The notes: generated by a model not told the origin, from the sequence alone. A DNA stretch of 64,000 nucleotides from Acutalibacteraceae bacterium (GCA_045633485.1 JAZQYL010000022.1:1235-65234), one strand, 5' to 3'; positions 8,160 to 17,408 are shown, counted from the stretch's first letter. Numbers and translations are program-made.

Positions 8160-10553
8160 ATGAAGTTTAAAAAGTTTTTAAGAGAAAATATCGTATATCT
8201 CGACGGCGGCACGGGCACGCTTTTACAAGCAAATGGACTAAAAGCGGGTGAACTACCTGAAACATGGAACATTACCCATCCCGAAATTATTACAAAAATT
8301 CACGCCGATTATTTTAATGCAGGAAGTAACGTAGTTTGCACAAACACTTTTGGCGCAAACTCACTAAAATTTGACGAAAAAAAACTTGATGAAATTATTA
8401 TGTCGGCAGTTTTTAATGCAAAAAATGCCGCAAATAAAAGTATTGGTACTCAAGAAAAATTCGTTGCTCTTGACATTGGCCCTACGGGAAAACTTTTAAA
8501 ACCGCTCGGCGACCTCGACTTTGAAGATGCTGTATCAATTTTTGCAAAAAACGTTAAGCTTGGCGTTAAGTATGGTGTTGACCTTGTAATAATTGAAACA
8601 ATGAACGACTCCTACGAAACCAAGGCAGCACTTCTTGCTGTAAAGGAAAACTGTGATTTGCCTGTTATTGTTTCTAACGCATATAGCGAGGACGGTAAAC
8701 TAATGACGGGCGCTTCACCCGCCGCTATGGTCGCTTTAGTTGAAGGTATGGGAGCGGATGCAGTTGGCGCTAATTGCTCGCTAGGTCCAAAACAGTTACA
8801 CTCTGTAGCCCTAGAACTGCTAAAAAATGCATCTATTCCCGTTATTCTAAAACCTAACGCAGGACTACCGAAATCAGTTAATGGCACAACTGTTTTTGAT
8901 ATTACAGTAGATGACTTTGCTAATGAACTTGCTGAAATTATTAAAATAGGTGTTCGTGCTGTTGGTGGTTGTTGCGGTACAACACCCGAGTATATTAAAG
9001 CACTTACAAATAAAACCTCGCAATTTACACCTGCACCGCTTACCAACAAAAATTTAACAGTAATTTCCTCATATAGCCATGCAGTAGATTTTGGCGATTC
9101 GCCCATTCTTATTGGCGAGCGAATTAATCCCACGGGTAAAAAACGTTTTAAACAAGCGCTCCTACAAAACGATATCGACTATATATTATCAGAAGGTGTA
9201 AATCAGCAAGAAAAAGGCGTTCACGTGCTTGACGTTAATGTTGGTCTTCCCGAGATCGACGAAACCGCTATGTTAAAAAATGTTATTTGTGAGTTACAGG
9301 CCATAATTGATTTACCGCTACAAATTGACACCGCAAATATTTCAGCTATGGAAACTGCTCTTCGACGTTATAACGGTAAAGCAATGATTAACTCGGTAAA
9401 CGGCAAGATTGAGAGTATGTCGGCAATATTCCCTCTTGTTAAAAAATACGGCGGTGTTGTTGTGGCTCTTACATTAGACGAAGACGGAATACCCACAACT
9501 GCCGAAAAAAGAGTGGAAATTGCCAATAAAATACTTACTACAGCAAATGAATATGGCATAGATAAAAAAGACATTATTTTTGACACACTTGCTATGACCA
9601 TCAGCGCCGACACATCGGCGGCTACGCAAACGCTAAAAGCACTTAACATTATAAAAAACAGTCTCGGTTGTCATACGTCACTTGGCGTTTCAAACGTTTC
9701 TTTTGGACTTCCCAATCGCGATGCTATTAATAGTACATTCTTTGCCATGGCTTTGTCTAACGGTCTTTCGGCAGCCATTATGAATCCACATTCTGCTGAT
9801 ATGATGAAAACCTATTACACTTTTAAAGCCCTTAATAATCTTGACGAAAACTGCGCTGACTATATTGCTCATGCCAACGAATTTACCGCTACCGTGCAAT
9901 CGGCTACAACAGTTAAAATTGATGTTGATTGTTCTAACGACTTACAACACGCCATTATAAATGGTTTTAAAGACAAGGCGGCCGAACTAACAAAACAATT
10001 ACTAGTAAACGTAAAACCCCTCGACCTTGTTAATGGTTATATAATCCCCGCGCTTAATACTGTAGGTCTTGGTTTTGAAAACAAAACTGTATACTTACCA
10101 CAACTACTTATGAGCGCCGAGGCGGCAAAAAACTCATTTGAGGTTATAAAATCGTCTGTTTCTGCCGAAAACGAAAAGCAAAGTGACCAAACTATTGTTA
10201 TTGCAACAGTTCACGGCGATATACACGATATTGGTAAAAACATTGTGAAACTTCTATTGCAAAACTACGGCTTTAACGTGATTGACCTTGGAAAAGACGT
10301 TCACCCTGAAACTATTGTAGAAAAGGTTATTGAACTGAATGCAAAAATTGTAGGTCTTAGTGCGCTAATGACAACTACCGTACCTGCAATGCAAGAAACA
10401 ATTGCTTTGTTAAAAGATAAAGCACCCTCTTGCAAAACGATAGTAGGCGGCGCAGTACTCACTAAAGAATATGCCGATAAAATCGGCGCCGATAAGTACG
10501 CAAAAGACGCTATGGAAGCAGTAAGATACGCAGAGGAAATATTTTCTTTTTAA
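8160..10553 (+). CDS. metH: Cobalamin-dependent methionine synthase (Hcy-, pterin- and B12-binding modules; no activation module)
   Basis: DGGTGT and GGCCGTTPE (homocysteine S-methyltransferase), central pterin-binding region, B12 motif GDIHDIGKN, then SALMTTT and VGGA. Confidence 0.9.
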   Translation: MKFKKFLRENIVYLDGGTGTLLQANGLKAGELPETWNITHPEIITKIHADYFNAGSNVVCTNTFGANSLKFDEKKLDEIIMSAVFNAKNAANKSIGTQEKFVALDIGPTGKLLKPLGDLDFEDAVSIFAKNVKLGVKYGVDLVIIETMNDSYETKAALLAVKENCDLPVIVSNAYSEDGKLMTGASPAAMVALVEGMGADAVGANCSLGPKQLHSVALELLKNASIPVILKPNAGLPKSVNGTTVFDITVDDFANELAEIIKIGVRAVGGCCGTTPEYIKALTNKTSQFTPAPLTNKNLTVISSYSHAVDFGDSPILIGERINPTGKKRFKQALLQNDIDYILSEGVNQQEKGVHVLDVNVGLPEIDETAMLKNVICELQAIIDLPLQIDTANISAMETALRRYNGKAMINSVNGKIESMSAIFPLVKKYGGVVVALTLDEDGIPTTAEKRVEIANKILTTANEYGIDKKDIIFDTLAMTISADTSAATQTLKALNIIKNSLGCHTSLGVSNVSFGLPNRDAINSTFFAMALSNGLSAAIMNPHSADMMKTYYTFKALNNLDENCADYIAHANEFTATVQSATTVKIDVDCSNDLQHAIINGFKDKAAELTKQLLVNVKPLDLVNGYIIPALNTVGLGFENKTVYLPQLLMSAEAAKNSFEVIKSSVSAENEKQSDQTIVIATVHGDIHDIGKNIVKLLLQNYGFNVIDLGKDVHPETIVEKVIELNAKIVGLSALMTTTVPAMQETIALLKDKAPSCKTIVGGAVLTKEYADKIGADKYAKDAMEAVRYAEEIFSF

Positions 10554-10696
10554 TTAATAGAGGTACTACTATGAAAAAAGAAATAGTAAATCAAGAAATC
10601 ATTAAAATGGATATACATAATTATTGTGTATATGATTTAAAAAGACTGGTTTTCCCTTTTGTTGTTACTTTATAAATTTCTTTGAATTAGAACAAT

Positions 10697-10732
10697 AAAA
10701 AACAGGATTCTCACTTGAGAATCCTGTTTTTT
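10697..10732. terminator. Bidirectional rho-independent terminator
   Basis: 12-bp stem aacaggattctc / gagaatcctgtt with an A-run upstream and a T-run downstream, between convergent metH and the 10731-11171 gene. Confidence 0.7.
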
Positions 10733-11171
10733 ATTTACTTTTAATATATTCTTCCAATATCTCACTCGCCGTGCGAACACATTTCACACAAGGACGTTCG
10801 TGATAGTATTTTTCGGTGCGCGCTTCGGGTACGCCACCTTTTTCTTTTGTTTTTAAAATTTCGCGGCAGATTATAGACTCGTTAATTTCAGCAAACTTAT
10901 CGCAAAGAACGCGAGTTTGCTCATAGTGTTTCATTTTTATTTCGCCCGTTTCAGGTGTTTCGTAGCCGTAAAGGTAACCAAATACCATAAGCATACCACT
11001 TACTGCGCCACACACCTCACGCTGACGACCAATTCCACCACCAAACGGTGCCGCAATTTTAAGCGCAGTCGCCTTGTCAAAACCGATCTCGTCACCAAAA
11101 GCGCCAAACACCGCCTGAGCGCAATTATATCCGTCAGTAAATAATTTTACTGCTTTTTCACTATTCTTCAT
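10731..11171 (-). CDS. C_GCAxxG_C_C family putative redox-active protein
   Basis: GYNCAQAVFGAF near the N-terminus, CGAVSG in the middle, C-terminal CVKC. The pattern matches the C-GCAxxG-C-C family. Confidence 0.65.
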   Translation of the reverse strand: MKNSEKAVKLFTDGYNCAQAVFGAFGDEIGFDKATALKIAAPFGGGIGRQREVCGAVSGMLMVFGYLYGYETPETGEIKMKHYEQTRVLCDKFAEINESIICREILKTKEKGGVPEARTEKYYHERPCVKCVRTASEILEEYIKSK

Positions 11172-11268
11172 TTAATCACAACCTTTATTTTAATTTTAAC
11201 ATAATTAAACACAAAAATAAAGACATAATTTAAAAGGACGACCATTGGTCATCCTTTTAAATTAATAT

Positions 11269-11553
11269 TTATTTCATCGATACGCTCGGCAAGTTGCTAA
11301 GGTTGTTATTTTCACTTCCGTCGGGTATTGCCTTTAAATATTCGCTATCTCCCCTGTGCGCTATTGCAACGCCTTTTATATCGCCCTGCTTTGCCATTGC
11401 TACAGCTTGCGGTTTTTCTACAATAGTGTTATCCGACAATTTGTAACCCGTTACTCTACCGCTCTCCTTTACAATACCTACTATTTGCTTGGCGTCAGAT
11501 TTAGGAGGCGGCATTTGATCCAAAGTGTTTTTTACTAAATCTTTTACGTTCAT
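11269..11553 (-). CDS. Small conserved hypothetical protein (DUF3892-like)
   Basis: 94-aa ORF with an RBS-like AAAGGAGTG upstream. The assignment rests only on remembered similarity of the YKLSDNTIV...AVAMAKQGDIKGV segment. Confidence 0.4.
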   Translation of the reverse strand: MNVKDLVKNTLDQMPPPKSDAKQIVGIVKESGRVTGYKLSDNTIVEKPQAVAMAKQGDIKGVAIAHRGDSEYLKAIPDGSENNNLSNLPSVSMK

Positions 11554-11594
11554 ATTTTCACTCCTTTTTAATAGTTTGTATCGGTAAAACTGTA

Positions 11595-12263
11595 TTATAC
11601 AAATATGCTAAGCTCGTGATTATCATCACAAATAGCAAGAATTATTTCCTTCGTGTCTTTATAACCTTGACATTTTAATTCCTTATTGAGCCAGTTTATA
11701 TCAAGTCCCATACGCTTTAAATTATCATGCAATATTCTTCCATCCATTATAAGTTCAGTGTTTATAGTTTCGGATGGAGGTACAATATTTAAATCATTAG
11801 GGTTTACAGGTCGTTTTGTTGCTTTTGGCAATATGGTTAATCGTCCGTTATATTCAAAAATAGCGGTAGCAATGTCATTTAAATTAAAATAACCTTCTTG
11901 CCTGCACATAACCATAAATTCGCTTAAATCCATCTTTGCCTTTTTCATATTTTTGCGATATATTTTACTGTTATTCATAATTATTGTTGGTGTACCGTTA
12001 ATATATTTGCGAAGTCTTGGTACCTTACTCGTAAAGAATGTAAGAATTACGGTTATTACACCATAGACCACCATTGCAATAAGAGGTTTCCATGGTTTTT
12101 CAAGCTCGGTTGCAAGTTCTGCAGCTACTGAGCCGATTGTAATGCCAGTTATATAATCAAAAAAATCAAGTTGTGACATTTGCTTATGCCCCATAACCTT
12201 TGCAATTAAAAACAATGTAACTGCTGATAAAACTGAGGTCAAAATTATCTTTAGAAACTCCAT
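11595..12263 (-). CDS. DUF421 (YetF-like) membrane protein
   Basis: N-terminal TM helices with QLDFFDYITGITIGS followed by a soluble domain. AGGTG RBS precedes the ATG at 12263, so the track start at 12290 is probably too long. Confidence 0.6.
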   Translation of the reverse strand: MEFLKIILTSVLSAVTLFLIAKVMGHKQMSQLDFFDYITGITIGSVAAELATELEKPWKPLIAMVVYGVITVILTFFTSKVPRLRKYINGTPTIIMNNSKIYRKNMKKAKMDLSEFMVMCRQEGYFNLNDIATAIFEYNGRLTILPKATKRPVNPNDLNIVPPSETINTELIMDGRILHDNLKRMGLDINWLNKELKCQGYKDTKEIILAICDDNHELSIFV

Positions 12264-12368
12264 AAAATCACCTAAAAATATTGTTACCAAAATAATGACA
12301 TTTAAAGTTTTGTGTGATATAATTATTAAAATTATTGTGAAGATTCAATTAATTTAATAGAGGTATTT

Positions 12369-12872
12369 ATGAATAAAATTATTATAATCGGTTGCCCCGG
12401 TAGCGGTAAAAGCACTTTTTCAAAAGCGTTGCAAAAGAAAATCAACCTACCACTTTATCATCTTGATATGCTTTTTTGGAATGCAAACAAAACCCATGTT
12501 ACGCGTGAGGTTTTTGACCAAAGACTTGCCGAAATACTAAATACGGATAGTTGGATTATAGATGGTAATTACGGCAGAACGCTTGAAACACGTCTTAAAG
12601 CGTGCGATACCGTCTTTTTACTCGACTTCCCCACTAGTATCTGCTTATCAGGAGTAGCGGCGCGTATAGGCAAACCACGTGACGATATGCCGTGGGTAGA
12701 GCAAGAGTTTGACGAAGAGTTTAAAAAGTGGATAACCGACTTTCCGCAAAATGAACTACTGCACATATACTCATTGCTTGATAAATACAGTAAGAAAAAC
12801 ATTATAATTTTAAATTCTCGCGAGCAAATAAAAGAATTTTTAAACCAGATTCAACAAAAATTTGCTCGCTAA
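12369..12872 (+). CDS. P-loop nucleoside/nucleotide kinase-like protein (topology modulation protein family)
   Basis: Walker A IIIIGCPGSGKSTF at the N-terminus; 167 aa. Confidence 0.6.
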   Translation: MNKIIIIGCPGSGKSTFSKALQKKINLPLYHLDMLFWNANKTHVTREVFDQRLAEILNTDSWIIDGNYGRTLETRLKACDTVFLLDFPTSICLSGVAARIGKPRDDMPWVEQEFDEEFKKWITDFPQNELLHIYSLLDKYSKKNIIILNSREQIKEFLNQIQQKFAR

Positions 12873-12902
12873 AAACAATTTTGAAATTTATTAAAATTTT
12901 TA

Positions 12903-12931
12903 TTGACTTTTCAATTAAAATGATATATAAT
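12903..12931 (+). promoter_or_regulatory. Consensus sigma-A promoter for tRNA-Pro
   Basis: TTGACT (12903-12908), 17-nt spacer, TATAAT (12926-12931), about 28 nt upstream of the tRNA 5' end. Confidence 0.6.
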
Positions 12932-12958
12932 AGTGACTCGGTTAGCAAACTAACTTAT

Positions 12959-13034
12959 CGAGGTGTGGCGCAGTTGGTAGCGCACTAGTTTTGGGAACTA
13001 GATGCCGCAGGTTCGAGCCCTGTCACCTCGACCA
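12959..13034 (+). tRNA. tRNA-Pro (anticodon TGG)
   Basis: Manual cloverleaf: acceptor cgaggtg/cacctcg, D-arm gcgc-agttggta-gcgc, anticodon stem ctagt/actag with loop TTTGGGA (anticodon TGG), T-arm gcagg-ttcgagc-cctgt, encoded CCA. Confidence 0.92.
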
Positions 13035-13037
13035 AAA

Positions 13038-13072
13038 AGCAGTTATGACCTTCGGGTCGTAGCTGCTTTTTA
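13038..13072 (+). terminator. Rho-independent terminator after tRNA-Pro
   Basis: 13-bp stem agcagttatgacc / ggtcgtagctgct (two G:U pairs), loop ttcg, T-run. Confidence 0.7.
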
Positions 13073-13094
13073 ATTTATGTCTAGTGATCGAATT

Positions 13095-13167
13095 CTTAGT
13101 TAGAGCGCACAGCAGTCAAGTAACGAATGCAAATCACATATGCCGTTCTTTGTCACCTCGACCAAAA
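13095..13167 (+). pseudogene. Degenerate tRNA-Pro-derived fragment ending in a perfect 17-bp copy of the tRNA 3' end
   Basis: 13151-13167 (tgtcacctcgaccaaaa) is identical to 13021-13037. Upstream there are also agcgcac (D-arm-like, 13104-13110) and atgccg (13140-13145). The anticodon arm and T-arm are not conserved. Confidence 0.6.
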
Positions 13168-13264
13168 TCTAAAATTCGCTATAAATGATTAAACCGCCAA
13201 AGTTTTTTACACTTTGGCGGTTATCTTTATTTTTTGGATTTATATTCCCTATTAAGTTTATAAA

Positions 13265-13594
13265 TTAAAATATTCCTTTGTTATATTTAATCATTGCCGC
13301 AAAACTAATAACAAGTCCTACTATGATAGAAACAATTAATAGGACGGTTCCGATTAAAACAAATACATTTTTATCAGTATGTAAGGTTATTGAAGACAAA
13401 ACGCTGAATACAACTACACCTATGCCGACAATTATAGTACCAAGTCCTACTTGTTTTCCAAAAGGAATTATATCTTCTTTTGAAACACGATGCTTGTGAT
13501 AAGAATGTAAAGACGATATATTTCCTCTCATATTTGAAATTCCCAGAGCAATACACACAACCCCCACAAGAAAAGTTACAATATTAGCTACCAT
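13265..13594 (-). CDS. Small integral membrane protein (3 predicted TM helices)
   Basis: 109-aa ORF with three hydrophobic stretches and AAAGGAAGA upstream of the ATG. No family recognised with confidence. Confidence 0.45.
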   Translation of the reverse strand: MVANIVTFLVGVVCIALGISNMRGNISSLHSYHKHRVSKEDIIPFGKQVGLGTIIVGIGVVVFSVLSSITLHTDKNVFVLIGTVLLIVSIIVGLVISFAAMIKYNKGIF

Positions 13595-13689
13595 AATATA
13601 TCTTCCTTTTAAAATCTTAATTTATAAATTAATTATATCATATTTAAATTATCATTTCAATAAACAACTGTTTTTGCTCATTGTCTACT

Positions 13690-14331
13690 TTACATATCAC
13701 AAATATAAGTATAGATCATCACAAGCGCCGAGCTAATAAGTGCGCCACCAATAATATCACTAAGCCAATGCACGCCCGAAACAAGTCTGCCGATTACCAT
13801 AAAAGCAATAAATAAAGCAATAATCAGTAATGTGCACCGTCTAAATATTTTGTTTTTTATACGTGTGTTAAACTGCATCATTGCCGTCGGCATAACACAC
13901 ATAACAACTAAGGTTGTTGAAGACGGATAAGATACTTCCAGATATCCATCAATTAAAACAGGTCTAAAATTGATTACAACCGTTTCAAATAAAATATATA
14001 CCGCCATTACGATTATATAAAATCCGCCAAGTATTAACAAACTTTTATCAACTTTTAGAAGTTTTTTCCTTTTAATCCACTGAGCAAGACCAACTACAGC
14101 GAAAGAAAAAGCAATACCAATCGGCACAAGACCTAGCCAATCGGTAATGTTATATAACACAAAATGCACACCCGTAAAATTATGAAAAAACATGTTAATT
14201 TTTGCAAACCCTACAGATGAACCCGATGGACCTATCGCCTGCACATCTACGAAATAAAGTGAAACCGTCCACATAACAAACGCCGTAAGCAGACTAACCC
14301 CTATTATTATATTATTTCTAATCCTTTTCAT
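13690..14331 (-). CDS. PAP2-family membrane phosphatase
   Basis: Multi-TM protein with C-terminal SGVHWLSDIIGG, the PAP2 acid-phosphatase motif 3 context. Confidence 0.65.
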   Translation of the reverse strand: MKRIRNNIIIGVSLLTAFVMWTVSLYFVDVQAIGPSGSSVGFAKINMFFHNFTGVHFVLYNITDWLGLVPIGIAFSFAVVGLAQWIKRKKLLKVDKSLLILGGFYIIVMAVYILFETVVINFRPVLIDGYLEVSYPSSTTLVVMCVMPTAMMQFNTRIKNKIFRRCTLLIIALFIAFMVIGRLVSGVHWLSDIIGGALISSALVMIYTYICDM

Positions 14332-14437
14332 TTTTCTACCATCCTTTTTTATGTTTGGCTTTTGCCATGATATAAATTTAAAATAAGATGATTAAAAACG
14401 AAAGAATTTATCCGTCACATTTTCGATACTAAGCGTA

Positions 14438-15043
14438 TCATTTGCGTTTAATAAGTATAAACGCCTTTATTACCAAAAAGATAAACAAAAATGTTGCTGC
14501 ATACGATTGCGGACTAACAATAAAAAGAAGCGCTCCTATTCCATTTAATACTAAAGATATTTTGCTTTTGTTATTCACCCAAAACACCCAAGAGCAATTT
14601 TGTAGGACAAGAGTAAGGATTCCAGATACTACTATTCCGATTACAGCAATAAAATATACCGTTTTCATATATGGTGTAATTTCAGTAAGGGATAAAAGGG
14701 ACACTTCTTGCAATATTCCATCTATTTCCTGCCAAAAGAACGGCAGAAAAAAGAACATTGCTATACTTAGATCAAGCAGTCCAAATACCAAATCACGGAA
14801 ATGTCTTTCTTTTTGCTTGTTCTCTTCTTCCGCTATAGTAAGCAATTCATCACCGGACAAAAGTTTATCAATTGTTATCGAAAAGAATTTTGCAATTTGT
14901 TTTAATGATTCTATATTTGGGTATCCCCTGTCTGACTCCCACTTAGATATAGCAGTTCGTGTAACATAAAGCTTTTCTGCAAGTTCATCTTGCGTAAGGT
15001 TTTTATCAGTTCTTAGTTTCTTTAATTTTTCACCAAAGGTCAT
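14438..15043 (-). CDS. XRE-family helix-turn-helix regulator fused to a C-terminal multi-TM domain
   Basis: N-terminus LKKLRTDKNLTQDELAEKLYVTRTAISKWESDRGYPNIESLKQIAKFF is a classic Cro/C1 HTH. The C-terminal half has about 4 hydrophobic helices. GGAGGGAAT RBS. Confidence 0.8.
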   Translation of the reverse strand: MTFGEKLKKLRTDKNLTQDELAEKLYVTRTAISKWESDRGYPNIESLKQIAKFFSITIDKLLSGDELLTIAEEENKQKERHFRDLVFGLLDLSIAMFFFLPFFWQEIDGILQEVSLLSLTEITPYMKTVYFIAVIGIVVSGILTLVLQNCSWVFWVNNKSKISLVLNGIGALLFIVSPQSYAATFLFIFLVIKAFILIKRK

Positions 15044-15285
15044 AGTATTCCCTCCTTTATTTCTACAGTTAAGTATAACATATATCCCATATCAAATCAC
15101 GACACTATTTCTCACATTTACATCAATTCAACGCAAAGTAGGTTGAGTTCAAGCGAAAAGGAGGTTTTCCTTTATTTCGGTTGCGAAATTAATTACAATA
15201 TGATATAATATAAAAAATTAATATTTCTCAAAAATTATATGTTCTAATATAGAATATTTTCTTTAAAATATTTAGGAGTGAAACT

Positions 15286-16077
15286 ATGCAATATCTTGTT
15301 CAAGTCAGCGGCGATATTTCTGACAAACAAAATAGGACCTATGTTGTTAATTCAGATTCTGCCGAAAATGCGCAAATAATTGCCACACAAAACTTCTGTG
15401 AAGAGTTTTCGTCTAATGGTGATGTAGTTTGTGTTGAATCTCATAAACGTACTAATAAAGCAATTTTAGCATTTGCTTTTATGCTTATTCCAATCCTTTT
15501 GTCATTTATAAATTGGAAAAGCGGTCATGAAACTATTTCGATTGGTCCTGATTACATTTCTTGCCTATATGGCGTGCTAATTTATGCGGCTTTTATTGTA
15601 CGTTTTAAAGGAATACAAAGAACCGTTAGCTCATGGGTTGATATCTTATTTTGTATATTTGTTGTTTTGTTAATATCATCTTTTATAAAAACAATTTTCA
15701 TTACAAAAACCTTTAGTTTTTTAGGATTAAGTAGTTTTTCAATCGAAACAAGTTACATCTTGCCTATCGCTATTATCTTATCCTGGCTTGGCCTAAAAAT
15801 TGTTAGTCTTATATGTATGGGCGGAATCGCAGTTATAGCACTATTTAATATAACTTCTCTTAATGGCGCAATGGGCATAATTTGCGGTCCACTTTACATA
15901 ATTTGTTCATTTATAGGCATTATGTTATATCTTTCCATCGAGCCCGCTTTTATAGAATCAATATATCAACTAAAAGCAACAACATCAAAAGGTATTAATT
16001 ATGTTAAAAAAGATGTTCTACAAGCTAAAAGCAATATAGTTGACGTAAAAACTGAATTATCTAAAAAAGATTCATAA
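15286..16077 (+). CDS. Hypothetical polytopic membrane protein
   Basis: About 60-aa soluble N-terminus followed by 5-6 hydrophobic helices. AGGAGTG RBS. Divergent from the XRE-TM gene. Confidence 0.45.
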   Translation: MQYLVQVSGDISDKQNRTYVVNSDSAENAQIIATQNFCEEFSSNGDVVCVESHKRTNKAILAFAFMLIPILLSFINWKSGHETISIGPDYISCLYGVLIYAAFIVRFKGIQRTVSSWVDILFCIFVVLLISSFIKTIFITKTFSFLGLSSFSIETSYILPIAIILSWLGLKIVSLICMGGIAVIALFNITSLNGAMGIICGPLYIICSFIGIMLYLSIEPAFIESIYQLKATTSKGINYVKKDVLQAKSNIVDVKTELSKKDS

Positions 16078-16101
16078 CAATATAGATTCGAGGAAATATA
16101 T

Positions 16102-16533
16102 ATGAAAAACAAACTAATAGTTCCAATCCTTGTTCTTTTATCATTATTCTTATTAACAACATCATTAACCGGTTGTTCTGATAAAAATGACATTGCACAA
16201 AAGAATACCAAAGATAGATATTTAACTATAATTAATGCTACCGAACAAACAATAAACGAAATACACGTAACTGTTGGCGAAGGCACTGAAATTGAATCTA
16301 TGACACGCAAAAATCCGGATGCAGAAAGTTTATCAATTAAAATTCCTGAAGCTTATAATGAATATACTGAATTCACCGTAACATTAATTGACAGATATGA
16401 TTTAAAATATCAAAAAACAATTTCTAATGTTCCTTTAAAAGGAAGAAGCGAGGTTAAGATTACAAAAGATGATTATGTTAAAGAAAAAGGCGATTTGAAG
16501 GATAAAATCGATAAATTCTTTAATGGAGATTAA
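16102..16533 (+). CDS. Hypothetical lipoprotein
   Basis: Signal peptide with lipobox LTGC; GAGGAAAT RBS; terminator hairpin actcctcata...tatgaggagt downstream. Confidence 0.55.
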   Translation: MKNKLIVPILVLLSLFLLTTSLTGCSDKNDIAQKNTKDRYLTIINATEQTINEIHVTVGEGTEIESMTRKNPDAESLSIKIPEAYNEYTEFTVTLIDRYDLKYQKTISNVPLKGRSEVKITKDDYVKEKGDLKDKIDKFFNGD

Positions 16534-16698
16534 CACTCAACAACTTCCCTATTCCAAGTCAAATGTGAAAAACAAAGAACTCCTCATATACGGCAAGTGC
16601 CGTTTATGAGGAGTATATTTTTTAAACACAATTTGTCCCACAAAGAAATATGGAATATGCTGAGTCAATAAAGACACAAGGGATTAAAGGTATCAATT

Positions 16699-17160
16699 TT
16701 ATAAGTGTCTTCTAATAATCTCTATTTTTTCTTCGTCTTTCTTTTTGCGGACGTTTATTCTATATCCATCCTTTAAAGAGGCTGTGTAAACCTTTAGATA
16801 TTGTTCTGGTGACAAAACTTTAAACTTGGTATTGCACTCGCTATGCTCTAATATGTTCGACAATTTTATGTTTGCAAAAGTTTCGAGCTCCTCTATAGAA
16901 GCATAGGAATAACAAACATCATCTTTTTTAAAAGTATGTTCGCGCTCGTCATAAAGCTGGTACCCTTCATTTTCCAATTTATCAACAAACTCGTTCCACA
17001 ACTCTTTTATAAATATTTCAGGTATCAGGATATCAATATCATCAGCGTCTAAACACTCGCCGATAATGTATTCGACTCCCAAAGAGCCGTACATTAGCGG
17101 AGTAATATTAAACATTTTATTAAGTAATTTTGCATTTTCAAAAAATAATGATTTTTTCAT
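16699..17160 (-). CDS. Nucleotidyltransferase-fold protein (aminoglycoside 2''-nucleotidyltransferase-like)
   Basis: PLMYGSLGVEYIIGECLDADDIDILIP resembles the G-S...D-x-D NTase core seen in ANT(2'')-type enzymes. Assigned from memory of the family pattern only. Confidence 0.35.
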   Translation of the reverse strand: MKKSLFFENAKLLNKMFNITPLMYGSLGVEYIIGECLDADDIDILIPEIFIKELWNEFVDKLENEGYQLYDEREHTFKKDDVCYSYASIEELETFANIKLSNILEHSECNTKFKVLSPEQYLKVYTASLKDGYRINVRKKKDEEKIEIIRRHL

Positions 17161-17162
17161 GG

Positions 17163-17339
17163 TTATTCAACTACCGGGCTTATAACAGGTTTACCGTCTT
17201 TATCGAGCAGTACGGTCATCCCCCCTGAATAACCGCTTTGGCGGAATAAATAATTAACACCTGTTTTCTTGTCAACCCAAATTTCAATAGTACCCATATT
17301 CTGCGAATATACCCTTTCGAATCTTTTATCTTTTGCCAT
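17163..17339 (-). CDS. Small protein, DUF6440-like (absent from the ORF track because it is under 60 aa)
   Basis: My translation: MAKDKRFERVYSQNMGTIEIWVDKKTGVNYLFRQSGYSGGMTVLLDKDGKPVISPVVE. GGAGGGAAT RBS lies upstream of the ATG at 17339. The stop is 2 nt before the start of the downstream gene. Confidence 0.5.
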   Translation of the reverse strand: MAKDKRFERVYSQNMGTIEIWVDKKTGVNYLFRQSGYSGGMTVLLDKDGKPVISPVVE

Positions 17340-17408
17340 ATTATTCCCTCCAAATATCTTTAAAACTATAGTAACATAAAATTACAATTTTTTCAACAAA
17401 ACAAAAAA

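Noticed and set aside
10571-10675. 34-codon ORF (MKKEIVNQEIIKMDIHNYCVYDLKRLVFPFVVTL) between metH and the terminator
   Set aside because: It has only a weak RBS-like GAGGT and no recognisable family. It could be a real small protein, but nothing in the sequence supports that beyond the open frame.
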